Made by a program: the position numbers and the translations under genes
Source of the DNA: Octopus bimaculoides
Lineage: Eukaryota
NCBI RefSeq assembly: GCF_001194135.2
Contig: NC_068990.1
Span: 9,364,577-9,399,887, forward strand
Direction: 5' to 3'
Length of the DNA stretch: 35,311 nucleotides
In this document: piece by piece, positions 21,876 to 33,118 of the stretch
Layout of the letters: the number at the start of each line of letters is the position of its first letter
How positions within the stretch are numbered: position 1 is the first letter of the stretch
Notes under the pieces: generated by a model
The model's input: the letters and a program-made list of their open reading frames with translations, nothing else
Told to the model about the DNA's origin: nothing
Database searches by the model: none

Positions 21876-22012
21876 CCCTCCTCGTTTGTCTCTTCTCATT
21901 CATTTCTGAAGATGAGAGTAGGCTCGAAATGTGAAAGACATATTTTTCCCGAGTGTCAAGCCAATACACCTTGTTTGTTGATCGTCCACCTCGTCTTTGA
22001 GTTTTTATATTT
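21876..22012 (+). mobile_element. Repeat family E copy 1, putative Penelope-like terminal fragment with hammerhead-like core
   Basis: CTGAAGATGAGAGTAGGCTCGAAATGTGAAAGAC...TTCCCGAGTGTCAAGCCAATACACC is homologous to 25401-25590. It lies between (CA)n and (TA)n. Confidence 0.55.
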
Positions 22013-22031
22013 TTATGCCACGCACACAGAC

Positions 22032-22080
<49 letters not shown>

Positions 22081-22084
<4 letters not shown>

Positions 22085-22284
22085 CAAATGTAGCGAAAAG
22101 TGCTTTACAGTGGAATCCGGATGGCTATAGAAAGAAGGGTAAGCCTAAGAACTCGTGGCGTAGATCAACACAGAAGGAACTAGAGAAAGGGGGACATTCA
22201 TGACAGAGTATAAGTACCGAAGCGAAAAAATTATGTGACATGGAATTCAATTATAAGTGGCTTATACTCCGCAAGAAGAAGAAG
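22081..22284 (+). mobile_element. RTE-clade LINE 3' end, decayed, with (GAA)n tail
   Basis: TPNVAKSALQWNPDGYRKKGKPKNSWRRSTQKELEKGGHS*QSISTEAK, then a frameshift in an A-run, then NYVTWNSIISGLYSAR. This matches the RTE pattern ALxWNPQGKRKRGRPKNTWRR...W..L...AQDRxxWRxxVxGL. TGA replaces the conserved W. Confidence 0.85.
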
Positions 22285-22516
22285 ATGTATATGTGTATAT
22301 GAATCGTTTTAAGAGTGAAATTCGATATAGGCAAAGCTATAAAGAACAGCTTGTAAATATTAGGTTAAAGAAACTCCTGAACGGAATAGTTCTGAATTTA
22401 GAAGCTTTGTAAGGAGTGAAAGGAATCGTCTGTAACGACGGAAAATGAAGCAGACAAAATTATATGTAATAGCGTATAAATATCAGTTACAAAATCCCTT
22501 AGATGAAAAAGCCGAA

Positions 22517-22585
22517 GTCTGCTCGACGGACTCGAACCCACATTTTCTGAAAACATGAGATATTTTACCATTGTGTTAAAGCAAT
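22517..22585 (-). mobile_element. Decayed tRNA-like head (SINE or tRNA pseudogene)
   Basis: Minus strand CAATGGTAAA...GGTTCGAGTCC, a perfect B-box at 22528-22538 with a weak A-box; no cloverleaf. Confidence 0.45.
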
Positions 22586-22813
22586 CCTCGAATTTCTTCA
22601 TCTATTTTAGAGGGTTTGAACTAATCATAAAAAATTTTGTCATACAATTTTGACACTTCGAGAGAGATGAAATATAACTCAACGAATGCTAGGAACATCT
22701 GCTCTAGTGTTCTAGAAGCATCAAGTAATGCGGAAGTGAGTCAGAATTTTATTAAAAAATATATATATAGCTTCTAACAGATGTTTTGAGTACTACTTTC
22801 TCTCGTTTGTTCA

Positions 22814-22862
<49 letters not shown>

Positions 22863-22941
22863 ATACATGTGTGTGAGTGAGTGTGTGTGCGAGTATGAAA
22901 CAAATTTAGAAAGTATAAACACGTAAGCAGAAATCCGAAAA

Positions 22942-23112
22942 GATGCCCTCGGAATGATAATAAAAGTGATGCAAGCAAAAATATATTCAAAACCCAAGGA
23001 GTTGCACAAGCATATACAATTTCTTTCTCTCCCATTTGCACACTATCCAGAAAAAAAGACATTACTCGGCACTGCACATATATCACGTGGTGTGCTTTCT
23101 ATACGACAGTGA
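22942..23112 (+). mobile_element. Decayed C-terminus of a restriction-like-endonuclease non-LTR retrotransposon (R4/Dong-like)
   Basis: DALGMIIK...TIQKK, then one frameshift in an A7 run, then TLLGTAHISRGVLSIRQ*. This matches the pattern GALG...EIQKxxLLGTAHILRxVL. Confidence 0.6.
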
Positions 23113-23221
23113 ATTACAAAAGCAAAACTGTTCAAGTACCAAGGCACTCAGAATTGTGCTCAGTTGTGAAATATGCAACCCCCAAAATAAAGCTAGTGAA
23201 ATAAATGTAATGAGAATGAGG

Positions 23222-23290
<69 letters not shown>
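23222..23290. repeat. (ATT)n repeat
   Basis: Directly visible. Confidence 0.97.
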
Positions 23291-23291
<1 letters not shown>

Positions 23292-23856
23292 TTGTTGTTG
23301 TGTATATCTATGAATTTGAAAAGAAAAACATTACTCAAGTGTATCGGCCCATGTGCATGCATATCCACTGCATAATGGACCATTTTCTCCACTGGTTATT
23401 CGTGACTATAAAAACATTGAAGACATGTTTCAGTCAAACGAGAAACGCACATATGCCAGTTCACCGAGAGTTTACTTCCACTCTATAGTGATCGCACTTA
23501 AATTTATACTTGACGATATCATTTGCTTATTATTTATATATTTGTCTGGTATATTTATGTGCCAAGCACATTTCACTGTAACTGTTCTTCAAATAATAGG
23601 ACATTAGCACCTTTCTGTGATCTTCCATATTATCCTGATTGATGATGATCTGTCCAGTGTAGTTTCTATTCTAAATAATAAAACCTACTCCGACACCATC
23701 TGCTCATTCATTTTTCTCTAACTTATTCGCCTCTACATTTCCCCCACTTTACGAAGCAGATCGAGATATGTCCAATAATATGTTATTTCTACGGAAAGAA
23801 CACAGTATTTCATCTTATGATTTGATTCTCCACTATGGCACAAGACCTGAGGTGTG

Positions 23857-24088
23857 GGCCTTTTAGCTAAAATCAAAGTGTATTACTAAATCTATGAATA
23901 TTGAAGCATTCATACATTTCTACGAGATATGCGACATAAAAGTACTTTTTACAAATGACAAGCATGTTATCTGAAGTGGACTCCGTAATATTTTATCTTC
24001 CATGACTCACCATAACATGATAAGTATGTTGCTTTCAACCAAAGATTCAATGGAGAAAGCTGCTATTTTTCAAACACATTTATTTGCT
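23857..24088 (+). repeat. Dispersed repeat copy 2, direct repeat of 18184-18410
   Basis: See copy 1. It starts just after a SINE-A tail fragment (GGCACAAGACCTGA, about 23837-23850). Confidence 0.88.
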
Positions 24089-24451
24089 TTCGGGTACGAA
24101 ATTTGTGCAGGGGTAGGAATGAATAGATAGTAAGTGAAGTGATATGTAGATTACCATTTGATTTATTCTAAAGACGAGAAATAATTATTCTCTCTATAGG
24201 TGATAGCAAAAAATAAGTCGACATCAAACTTAATGCACATTTTCTTTATATATGAAATACAGAAATCTGATTTTTTTTTGGTGGTGGAGGGGAATTATTT
24301 GTCGTAATTGAAAGCTGATGGAAGGCAATGTGAAAGCTGATAGAAAGAAGCATAAATATGTTGTAGATTTTTTTGAGGTTATATGAAAAACTAAAAGCTT
24401 TGGCTTATTGCATAAGAAACAGCTAACTGCATTTACACACATACTCTTGCT

Positions 24452-24669
24452 CATATATATATATATATATGTGCATGTATGCATGTGTGTGTTTGTATGT
24501 ATATATATACATACAATATATATATATGTGTATATATATATGTAGAGTTATATATATACATATACATACATATATATATATATATATGTGCATGTATGCA
24601 TGTGTGTGTTTGTATGTATATATATACATACAATATATATATATGTGTATATATATATGTAGAGTTATA
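24452..24669. repeat. Exact 117-bp tandem duplication of a TA/TG-rich unit next to a gap
   Basis: GTGCATGTAT at 24471 and 24588; GTAGAGTTA at 24542 and 24659. Confidence 0.9.
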
Positions 24670-25317
24670 NNNNNNNNNNNNNNNNNNNNNNNNNNNNNNN
24701 NNNNNNNNNNNNNNNNNNNNNNNNNNNNNNNNNATATATATGTACATATACATACGCACACTCATCCACACATAGATATAGATGCAAATCGAGGTACACT
24801 CATGTATACACACCAAATAATGATAAAAATAATAAACATGGATTTATTCCGCGCAGTCGTGCGATAAATAGAGTCAACTGCCTGATACAAGGTAGTCAGA
24901 AGTGTGTATGAATATATATATATGTACATGTACGTATACATGTATGTCTGTGCTCAGTCTCAAAATATTTTTCCAGACAGGAAAAAGGGAATTAAAGTTA
25001 TATGGAATAAAGTGCCTGAGAAAAGCAACAAAACATACGCAGAAGAATTGAACTCGTGTTGAATCAATGGCGAAGCTGGTTTAACTATTCTATTCATTCT
25101 TCCATTTAGATTCTGTCTAGCCATGGGTGCAATTATTAAGCATGAAGTCATTTCTAAACGTTATACTGGTAGGAGGAGTTTAAAGACACTCAATCAATTC
25201 AAACAGCCACAGAAAATTGAGTTCCAAGACCTGACTGTGGTGATGATATATATGGTTCGTTCTTTTTTGTGTGTGCATGTACATAAATATATATAGAGAT
25301 ACATACACAGAGACGTG

Positions 25318-25379
<62 letters not shown>

Positions 25380-25400
25380 TGTGTGTGTGTGTGTGTAAGT

Positions 25401-25590
25401 GTGTATCGACCGCTAGCCACTAAAACTCTTTTTATTCTCTCTATGTTTATTATACCGTGTTCCTTCCCGTTGAAGAGCGTAGGCTCGAAACGTAAAAGAC
25501 TTTCTCACCTTCCCGAGCGTTAAACTAATACACCTGTTTGCTGTTTACACACCTGTCATCGTCTTTTGTTTTTTGTAAATTCCAACTATA
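25401..25590 (+). mobile_element. Repeat family E copy 2, putative Penelope-like terminal fragment with hammerhead-like core
   Basis: TTGAAGAGCGTAGGCTCGAAACGTAAAAGACTTTCTCACCTTCCCGAGCGTTAAACTAATACACC is homologous to 21876-22012. It lies between (TG)n and (TA)n. Confidence 0.6.
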
Positions 25591-25870
25591 TATATATATA
25601 AATTTGCATTAAAATAAATAGAAGTGTACAATAAAACTTAAAATAATTAGAACAAGATATTATTTAAGGCAATAAAACATGAAAGATTACTGATTAGGTT
25701 GAATTAGGACACTCTGCAACCTTGTCTAGATTGTGTTGTGAGTGCAACTCATTGCACCTGTAAGCATTTTTGAGATATTTGGTATTGTTTACGTGCTTTA
25801 TTATTCTTTTGTCATTGCTATGTTTAGTCTTGTGTGGTAACCACTTGGATGAGAAAATGTAATCTGTATT

Positions 25871-26080
25871 CTATTCTTTTATTTTTTATTTGTTTCAGCC
25901 ATTTGGCTGTGGCCATAATGGAGCACCGTCTTTAGTCGAGCAAATCCACCCCAGGACTTATTCTTTGTAATCCTAGTACTTACTCCGTCGGTCTGTTTTG
26001 CTGAACCGCTAGGTTACGAGGACGTAAACACAGCAGCATCGGTTGTCAAGCGATGTTGGGAGACAAACACAGACACACAA

Positions 26081-26133
<53 letters not shown>

Positions 26134-26295
26134 TGTATATATATATATATACGACGGGCTTCTTTCAGTTTCCGTCTACGAAATCCACTCACAAAGCTTT
26201 GGTCGGCCTGAGGCTATAGTAGAAGACACTTGCCCAAGGTGCCAGGCAGTGGGACTGAGCCCGGAACCATGTGGTTGGTAAGCATGCTACTTACC
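25871..26295 (-). mobile_element. SINE family C, missing the first ~20 nt, with long internal (CA)n
   Basis: Reverse complement of 19548-19960 (CACTTGCCCAAGGTGCC, GGGACTGAGCCCGGAACC, GGACTTATTCTTTGTAA). Confidence 0.88.
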
Positions 26296-26350
26296 TGCAT
26301 ATAATTTCAAAAGTTTGTAACAAAACTTCTGTCTCTTTTCTTCTTGATTT

Positions 26351-26483
26351 GTACTTTATTTTAATCGATTCCGGAAAAAGCAGATGCAAAGCCGGCATCG
26401 ACAGAATTTGAAATCAGAATGTAAAGGATTTCAGTTACATTCCCCAAAGTATTTCTATCCGATACTCTAGGGGGTCTGCCACT
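26351..26483 (-). mobile_element. SINE family A, highly decayed
   Basis: GTACTTTATTTTAATCGATTCCGGAAA...AGAATTTGAAATCAGAATGTAAAG parallels the 20005-20117 copy. Confidence 0.4.
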
Positions 26484-26631
26484 CTTCATCGTTTGACGAC
26501 ATCCATGGGAAATCAGAACATAACGGAACGAAACGAAAACCACAAGGCGTATTGCACGTCAATCTAATTATTCAACCATTCCGGCTTGTCTTCAACAGGC
26601 CAAACTAAAGCAATAACAAAAGAGGAAAAAG

Positions 26632-26632
26632 A

Positions 26633-26695
<63 letters not shown>
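26632..26695. repeat. (TAC)n repeat
   Basis: Directly visible; gives the poly-L ORF 26586..26888. Confidence 0.97.
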
Positions 26696-26696
<1 letters not shown>

Positions 26697-27434
26697 TATA
26701 AAGCTGTAATAGCAATAAAATTACTTTTAATTCAATTCCATATTGGCAAGTTTAAAGAATTAATAAAAATTTGCATGAAACATTTATTTTCCTTTAAAAC
26801 AACTAAACTTAAACCAAAACTAAAATATAATTGTCAGGACAAGAGAAATTGGAATAAACGAAATGGAGAAATATTCTTGAAAAGTTAGATGTTTTTCGTT
26901 TGGAATTCTAATTTCTTCAATAAATAAGTACACTATTTTAATAACAAACATTTTCACTTATTCTTCGTTATTAAATTAATTTTTACGCATAATTTCTTAC
27001 CGATAATTCAATATATTGCGCTTGAATAAAAATTCGCCTGTTTGAAATGCATATCTTTTTCTATTTTCTTTTCAAGAATTTTAAAATCATTGCAGTTTAT
27101 ATTCTACACAGATGTAAGCTTGCTCAATTCTTCTACTAGCTTTTTGAATTCAATCTATTGTCTATAGCATTCAGCCGCTTCCTCAACCTTTTTCAGCTTT
27201 TGTTTCTAGTATTCCTTCTGATTTAACATCTATTTCTCTCTCTTTACCTCCACGCTCTTCTAACGTCTCTCTTTCTCCACCTCTTCCTTTCTCTCTTTCT
27301 GTGTTTCAGTTCAGTTTTATACTACACTGTGTATTTTAAATTAAGCTGACAACAGAAAATGTATCTGTGTATGTGCTTATAAACGTATATGTTAATGCAT
27401 GAATACATGTATGTGTGTGTATATATCTATCCAG

Positions 27435-27462
<28 letters not shown>

Positions 27463-27466
<4 letters not shown>

Positions 27467-27846
27467 TTGTACTTGTTTCAGTAATTTGAGTGCGGCCATG
27501 CTGGAGCACCAACTTTAGTCGAACAATTCGACCTCAGGACTTATTCTTTGTAAGCGTAGCACTTATTCTATCAGTCAATTTTTGCCGAACCATTACGTTA
27601 TGGGGAAGTAAACATACCAACACCGGTTGTCAAGAGATGGTAGGAATACAAACACAGACACACAGACACACACACACGTATATATACACGACGAGCTTCT
27701 TTTCAGTTTCCGTCTACCAAATCCACTCACAGGGCTTTGGTCGGCCCGAGGTTCTAGTAGAAGACAATTGCCCAAGATGCCACGAAGTGGGAATGAACCC
27801 GGAACCATATGATTGAGAAGCGAAATTCATATCACACGCCCACGCC
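27463..27846 (-). mobile_element. SINE family C, older full-length copy
   Basis: Reverse complement of the family C layout, with a short internal CA/TA tract and more substitutions than the other copies. Confidence 0.85.
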
Positions 27847-28558
27847 ATATTTATATCTGTTATATGTATAGGCATATATATGTGGATAGATGTATATGTG
27901 AGTGTGTATGAGTAGATAATTTTACACTTTTATTGTTCCACCCCATGAGCTGCGGCCATACTGTGGTACGGCCATTGTAGCTGTTTCTACAGCCTTCCTC
28001 TGCAATTCATTCTGTCTTCATATGTGTTTCTTGCTATAACGTTCGTTTATCAAGGATCTCTGACTGCAGATTACAGGAATTTTGTTTTAGCACATTTACG
28101 TAGATCGAACAGATTTTTCAGCGTAACAACCCTGCACACACATGTATATATTCTTCATTTGGGGATTAACAAAGCTACCAATGGTTTCATTTAGAAAAGT
28201 TCCGCAATATCTAAGTCTTCCACTTAAGAATACTAGTTATGGGTCTCCATGTTTGAAGAAACTACATGAGATTACTCGAAAATTTGCAGAGACTTCAACA
28301 CGTTGCTTTGGTTATTAGATTCACAGATTAGGGGAGGTGACTCATTTGCATATTCAATACATCATCTCGGTATCTAATAACCAGAACAAAGGTTTGGAGT
28401 CCCGTAAGGGAATATTTCAAAATTTCCGAAACTATTCGCATGTAATCATTGGTAGCATTGTTAATTCACAAATAAAGAGTATATTTATCCAACAGTATTG
28501 AGTATTAATTCTCACTGCTCGTCGCTATCGGACATACATACATACATACATACATACA

Positions 28559-28589
<31 letters not shown>

Positions 28590-28633
28590 CGTTTCTACTC
28601 AACGCACAAAGCCCGAAATTTTATATATATATA

Positions 28634-28794
28634 CATTTAAGAGGGATGACCACTAAGTGGACATCCATTATTGCTCGCTTACGTTCTGGTGTTTGCTGAA
28701 TTTTCTTGAGAACAATCTTTTCTTAGTGGTCAGACCATAGGTGGTCTTATTCTAGCATAATGGATGTCCACTTAGTGGTCATCCCTTTTATATG
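28634..28794. mobile_element. Fold-back MITE-like element flanked by TA (Tc1/mariner-type)
   Basis: Perfect 30-bp inverted repeat AGGGATGACCACTAAGTGGACATCCATTAT (28642-28671 / 28757-28786), extending to 44 bp with 2 mismatches (28628-28800). Read as TA|CATTT...ATATG|TA. Confidence 0.78.
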
Positions 28795-28994
28795 TATATA
28801 ATATAATTTTTCTGAATCTTCAGATTTTTCAATATGCTAGACTACTGGTTTTGAATTGATATTAATCAAATTAGTATTCAATTTTTCACTCTTATTATTT
28901 AAATATATATATTATTCAAATATATATATATATAAGTTAAAATGTATCCATAAACATCTTGACCTCCACCATAAATTGAAAGTACCCGTAAATA

Positions 28995-29072
28995 AATTTT
29001 AGTACTTCCTAGATCGTTACTAGTTCTCTCTTTTACCTTGTAGCCCCAAGATGGTAGATTATATGCTTTTAG
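28995..29072 (-). mobile_element. Possible decayed CR1-like C-terminal remnant
   Basis: LKAYNLPSWGYKVKERTSNDLGSTKI weakly resembles the CR1 pattern LKALNLPSLxYRRxRGDLIxTYKI. Confidence 0.3.
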
Positions 29073-29896
29073 TATATTGGGCTTCTTGACTTCTTTTCTA
29101 GGCCATATTTTCTTTCCTATTCCTTCTTCTCGTTGCTTATATTGGATGATCTTGATTTTTTAATTCGAATCTCCTATGAAGATGAAGAATTTTATTTTCG
29201 CAATTATTTATAGACAGCGTTTGGCAACGGATGCAGAAACGGCCGTAAGATTTGCTACATCACCCATTTTTTATGTCATGCGTTGTATTAAAAAATAAGC
29301 TATAAATATGGTCCAATCGATGTGTTTGTTAATCTGAGGTTTTCTCCATTTTCTGATTATTTGTATCCTGATAAACTCGTTTATCCTCTTGTTACCTGCA
29401 CCCTACGTGCATAGTGTGCTTGCACACTAATGCCCAGCGATTACACGGGTAATGGACACTGATAGTACGTACGGATACATTATCCCTTAGTCGGTTATTA
29501 TAACCGCTAACTTCGTTTACATTATATATATATATCACCTCGCCTGGATCAAAGCATGACTGAACACGAATTCTTAGAAAGTGAACATAGCTCTATGATT
29601 CGTACGCTACAAACGATCGCAATATCAAGAAAGGGAACGTATGTAAAAACTTGTTCAAATTAAACTAAGATTGTTTGCGCAACGAATGACGAAAAGAATT
29701 TTTTAAATAAGTTTTTAAACTTCCTTCTTGCCGAGCAGGTGGCCGGTCATAATGAACCTAAAACTTTCGCTAGGAAGAGAACCTTCCCCCCACCACGCAC
29801 AAGATAAACACAAACACACACGTAATATAATATATTCTTTTCTCAGCTCTTTAAAAAAAGAGTGTGGACTTTCATAAGCAGGATGGAAAAAAACGG

Positions 29897-29909
29897 AGAG
29901 AGGGAAAGT

Positions 29910-29990
<81 letters not shown>

Positions 29991-30012
29991 GGAGATAGTG
30001 AGAGAGGGAGAG
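29897..30012. repeat. (GA)n microsatellite
   Basis: Directly visible; gives the ER and SL repeat ORFs. Confidence 0.97.
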
Positions 30013-30780
30013 AGCGTAAGAGGTCCAAAGAATCAACTGGAAAGGAGGTGACATGAAGTTACGTATGGTGGTAGAAAAGATGAGAGATGAAAAAAAATAA
30101 TATATAGAATAAATGAAAAGGTTGGTGGGGAATTAGCTTGATGGATATACAGATAAATAAAGAAGAGGAACATACTCAGAGAGATAGCGTTAAGAAGAAA
30201 AATAGAGAGTGAAAGAAGGATAAATAAAACGAAATACATAAAAATTTATTTAGAAAATATATGAGAAAATAATATTTGTTTAGAAGGCAGAACCATATTT
30301 AATAATTTTTGAAAACAAGAACTAGGTGGGTAGTTGAAGTCAGAATGACCTTGAAGAAGATTATAACAAGCTACAGAAGCCATAAAACTTGATAAATATG
30401 AAATATGCTGAATATTATCTGTTATGACTATTAGATCTATAATTTTTTTGTTGTTGATGTTATTGTATAGCCCCGGGTAGAGCTAAAGTGAATGACGTTC
30501 CTGTCATTGCAATTCCATTTTATGTTCAACAATAATATATCTAGGATTAGATTATCTTATGTAAGCTTTCCTCTTGAGATTTAGTGAAATTTGATTGATA
30601 TTTCAAGAAAGTTATATCAGAATTTCAGGATTATAAAACGATTGTAAGTCTTTTAGTGCTTGTGTTGTCACCCTCGAACTAGGTACCCACATCTAAACCT
30701 ATGGCGACGTGTATTCACATAAGCGATAGAATAATCATTAATCCATCCTGGTGGTTATATATTCTTTGAACTAGTAAATC

Positions 30781-31006
30781 ATCCATCTATCCATTTATCC
30801 ATCAAACGTTTACATCCTTCTTCCATCGATCCATCCATCCATTCGCCCGGCCACCCATCCGCCCGTCCGTCCATCTGTCCGTCCGTCCGTCCATCTGTCC
30901 GTCCGTCCGTCGGTCAGTTCACTCATCTGCCCGTCCGTCCGTCCGTCCGCCCATCTGCCCGACCGTCCGTCTGTCTACCTGTTTCAATGAATGAATGAAT
31001 GAAACT

Positions 31007-31081
<75 letters not shown>
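30781..31081. repeat. Compound tetranucleotide tract (CCAT)/(CCGT), (TGAA), (TATC)n
   Basis: Includes a 20-bp higher-order unit CCATCTGTCCGTCCGTCCGT x2 near 30870-30910. Confidence 0.93.
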
Positions 31082-31082
<1 letters not shown>

Positions 31083-31514
31083 ACTTTAATAGAGAAAATA
31101 CAAAAGTGAGTATACACCCAAACACACTCACGCACACACACACACATACACATACATACACACACACACACACGTTTACACTGTCAATATCATACGTTCG
31201 CAAAGAACAAGTAGTACGTTCCTACGTAATAAAAACTCGTATATCTAAATCATGCTGAATTGATGCAAAATCGTAATGTTATGGTTAAGAATGGTCTCGG
31301 ACATATAGGAAAGAAGTCGTATATAAAATTGAAAATCAATACAGGCATATATCAAATTGCAGGCTCATTTCTATGACAACAGCATGTTATAGACAACGCA
31401 TTACTGCAAAGACACCCTAAGATGTCCCCTTAGTCGTCTATGTTCAGTTATTCACGTTTCTCTCTTTCTCTTTTTTTCTTTTTACTTACATCTTCCCTTT
31501 ATCAAAAACAAATA

Positions 31515-31977
31515 CACGACATATATATATGTCGACGATTATTTTTCGTTCCAAGCTGTAGTTAAGCCGGACACGGATTCTCTACTTTTTAAATAACGGA
31601 AGTTGTGAGCTTCATGCTGTTCCCTAAAAGTATTGACAGTATGTATAAATAAATTGCCTTCCATCATGAATTAAAACTATTCTTCTAGTCTGTGTTGCAT
31701 AACGATTCACTGTTTATTTAAAAGAAATACAAAGCCTGTAATAAAAAGAAACATTGTTTGCAATGTGGAAGCCCTTAACGATATTGATTGGAAATGTGAA
31801 TCATTTAATACTACTCCATCAACGAAGAGGGAAGCACCTGGTAAAGCAAGATCACAATGTCGCTGGCACCATTGGTTTGAACCTTTCATTGAACTAATCT
31901 CCTTAAAGGCTGTTAGATAAATGCGTAACTATGGCTTTTCCCATTTGCCGTTCTATTAACACAGGTCATTGATGTCG

Positions 31978-32010
<33 letters not shown>
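31515..32010 (+). other. Candidate retroposed segment ending in A30, flanked by a 12-bp direct repeat
   Basis: CAAAAACAAATA at 31503-31514 and 32013-32024; poly(A) at 31981-32010; stop-free frame 31675-31917 inside. Confidence 0.35.
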
Positions 32011-32012
<2 letters not shown>

Positions 32013-32741
32013 CAAAAACAAATATGTATTTGCTTACTGGATTCTTTTACATTAGAGACTGATTTATGGTTTGTGAAGGACAGTTAACTTAATCGTCTGA
32101 AGCGACCCGTTATATTGTTAGTAATTGCTTTATTGCCAGAAGAGAGATTGGAAGGTAAGGCCAAACTTAGTACAATATGATGTCAGAATGTAATCAAGTG
32201 ACTGTAGAGACGATTAACAAGCTGATATTTTTGACTGAGTGTAAATGATGAATATTTTAGTGGTAAAGGTGAAAAGAAATGTGGGAGATAAGAGTCGAAA
32301 GAAATACCACAATGCACATAGTCCGACGCTCTGAGGATTAATCTAATCCACTGCATTTAATTGGTTCTATTTTCGGCACAAAACTAATACTTTTGAGGGA
32401 ATATTAATTAGAAAAATTGAAATTATTAATGATAATTATATTTGCAACCATCCAAACTACGATCGTCAAGGAGATGGTTCTAACAAGAAATATGCTGTGA
32501 GGATGGATAACCCTGAATATTTGTGTTGTGTTTTACTTCGAATTCAAATAACATCTTGTTTTAATTATTGTGTGATTTTACATTGTTCCGTGTAAATTTT
32601 ATTAAATTTTAATCAGACAATTCTAGAACGTCTTCACCTTTCTACTCGGTTTCTCCAGCTCCAATCTCACGGTAGCCCCCAATGTTTCGTACTTTCATTG
32701 TTTTATGCATGTCAGCACTTTCTACTTAATAGAGAATCATT

Positions 32742-32818
<77 letters not shown>

Positions 32819-32880
32819 TTACTGCTGGTGCTGCTGCTGCTACTGCTGTTGTTGTTGGTGTTGTTGTTGTTGTTGTTGGT
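32742..32880. repeat. (TAC)-(TGC)-(TGT) compound trinucleotide repeat
   Basis: Directly visible. Confidence 0.95.
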
Positions 32881-33034
32881 GATGTTATTTTCCTTGTTAA
32901 ATCCTAATAGTAATAATAGCTATAAAATATAGAATATTTAATATTCTTTCTTCCTTTTCAGTAATTTGAAATTGAATTTTTAATCAAACACATTGTTATT
33001 CGTCAACAATTGTCTCCTTCCACTTATTCATAAT

Positions 33035-33035
33035 G

Positions 33036-33118
<83 letters not shown>

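Noticed and set aside
23590-23800. Minus-strand GVGFII and TYYWT motifs suggesting an RTE endonuclease remnant
   Set aside because: Motif spacing is off and there are several stops and frameshifts; too weak without a profile search.
24452-24669. 117-bp exact tandem duplication as a biological minisatellite
   Set aside because: It is identical and abuts a gap, so an assembly duplication is at least as likely.
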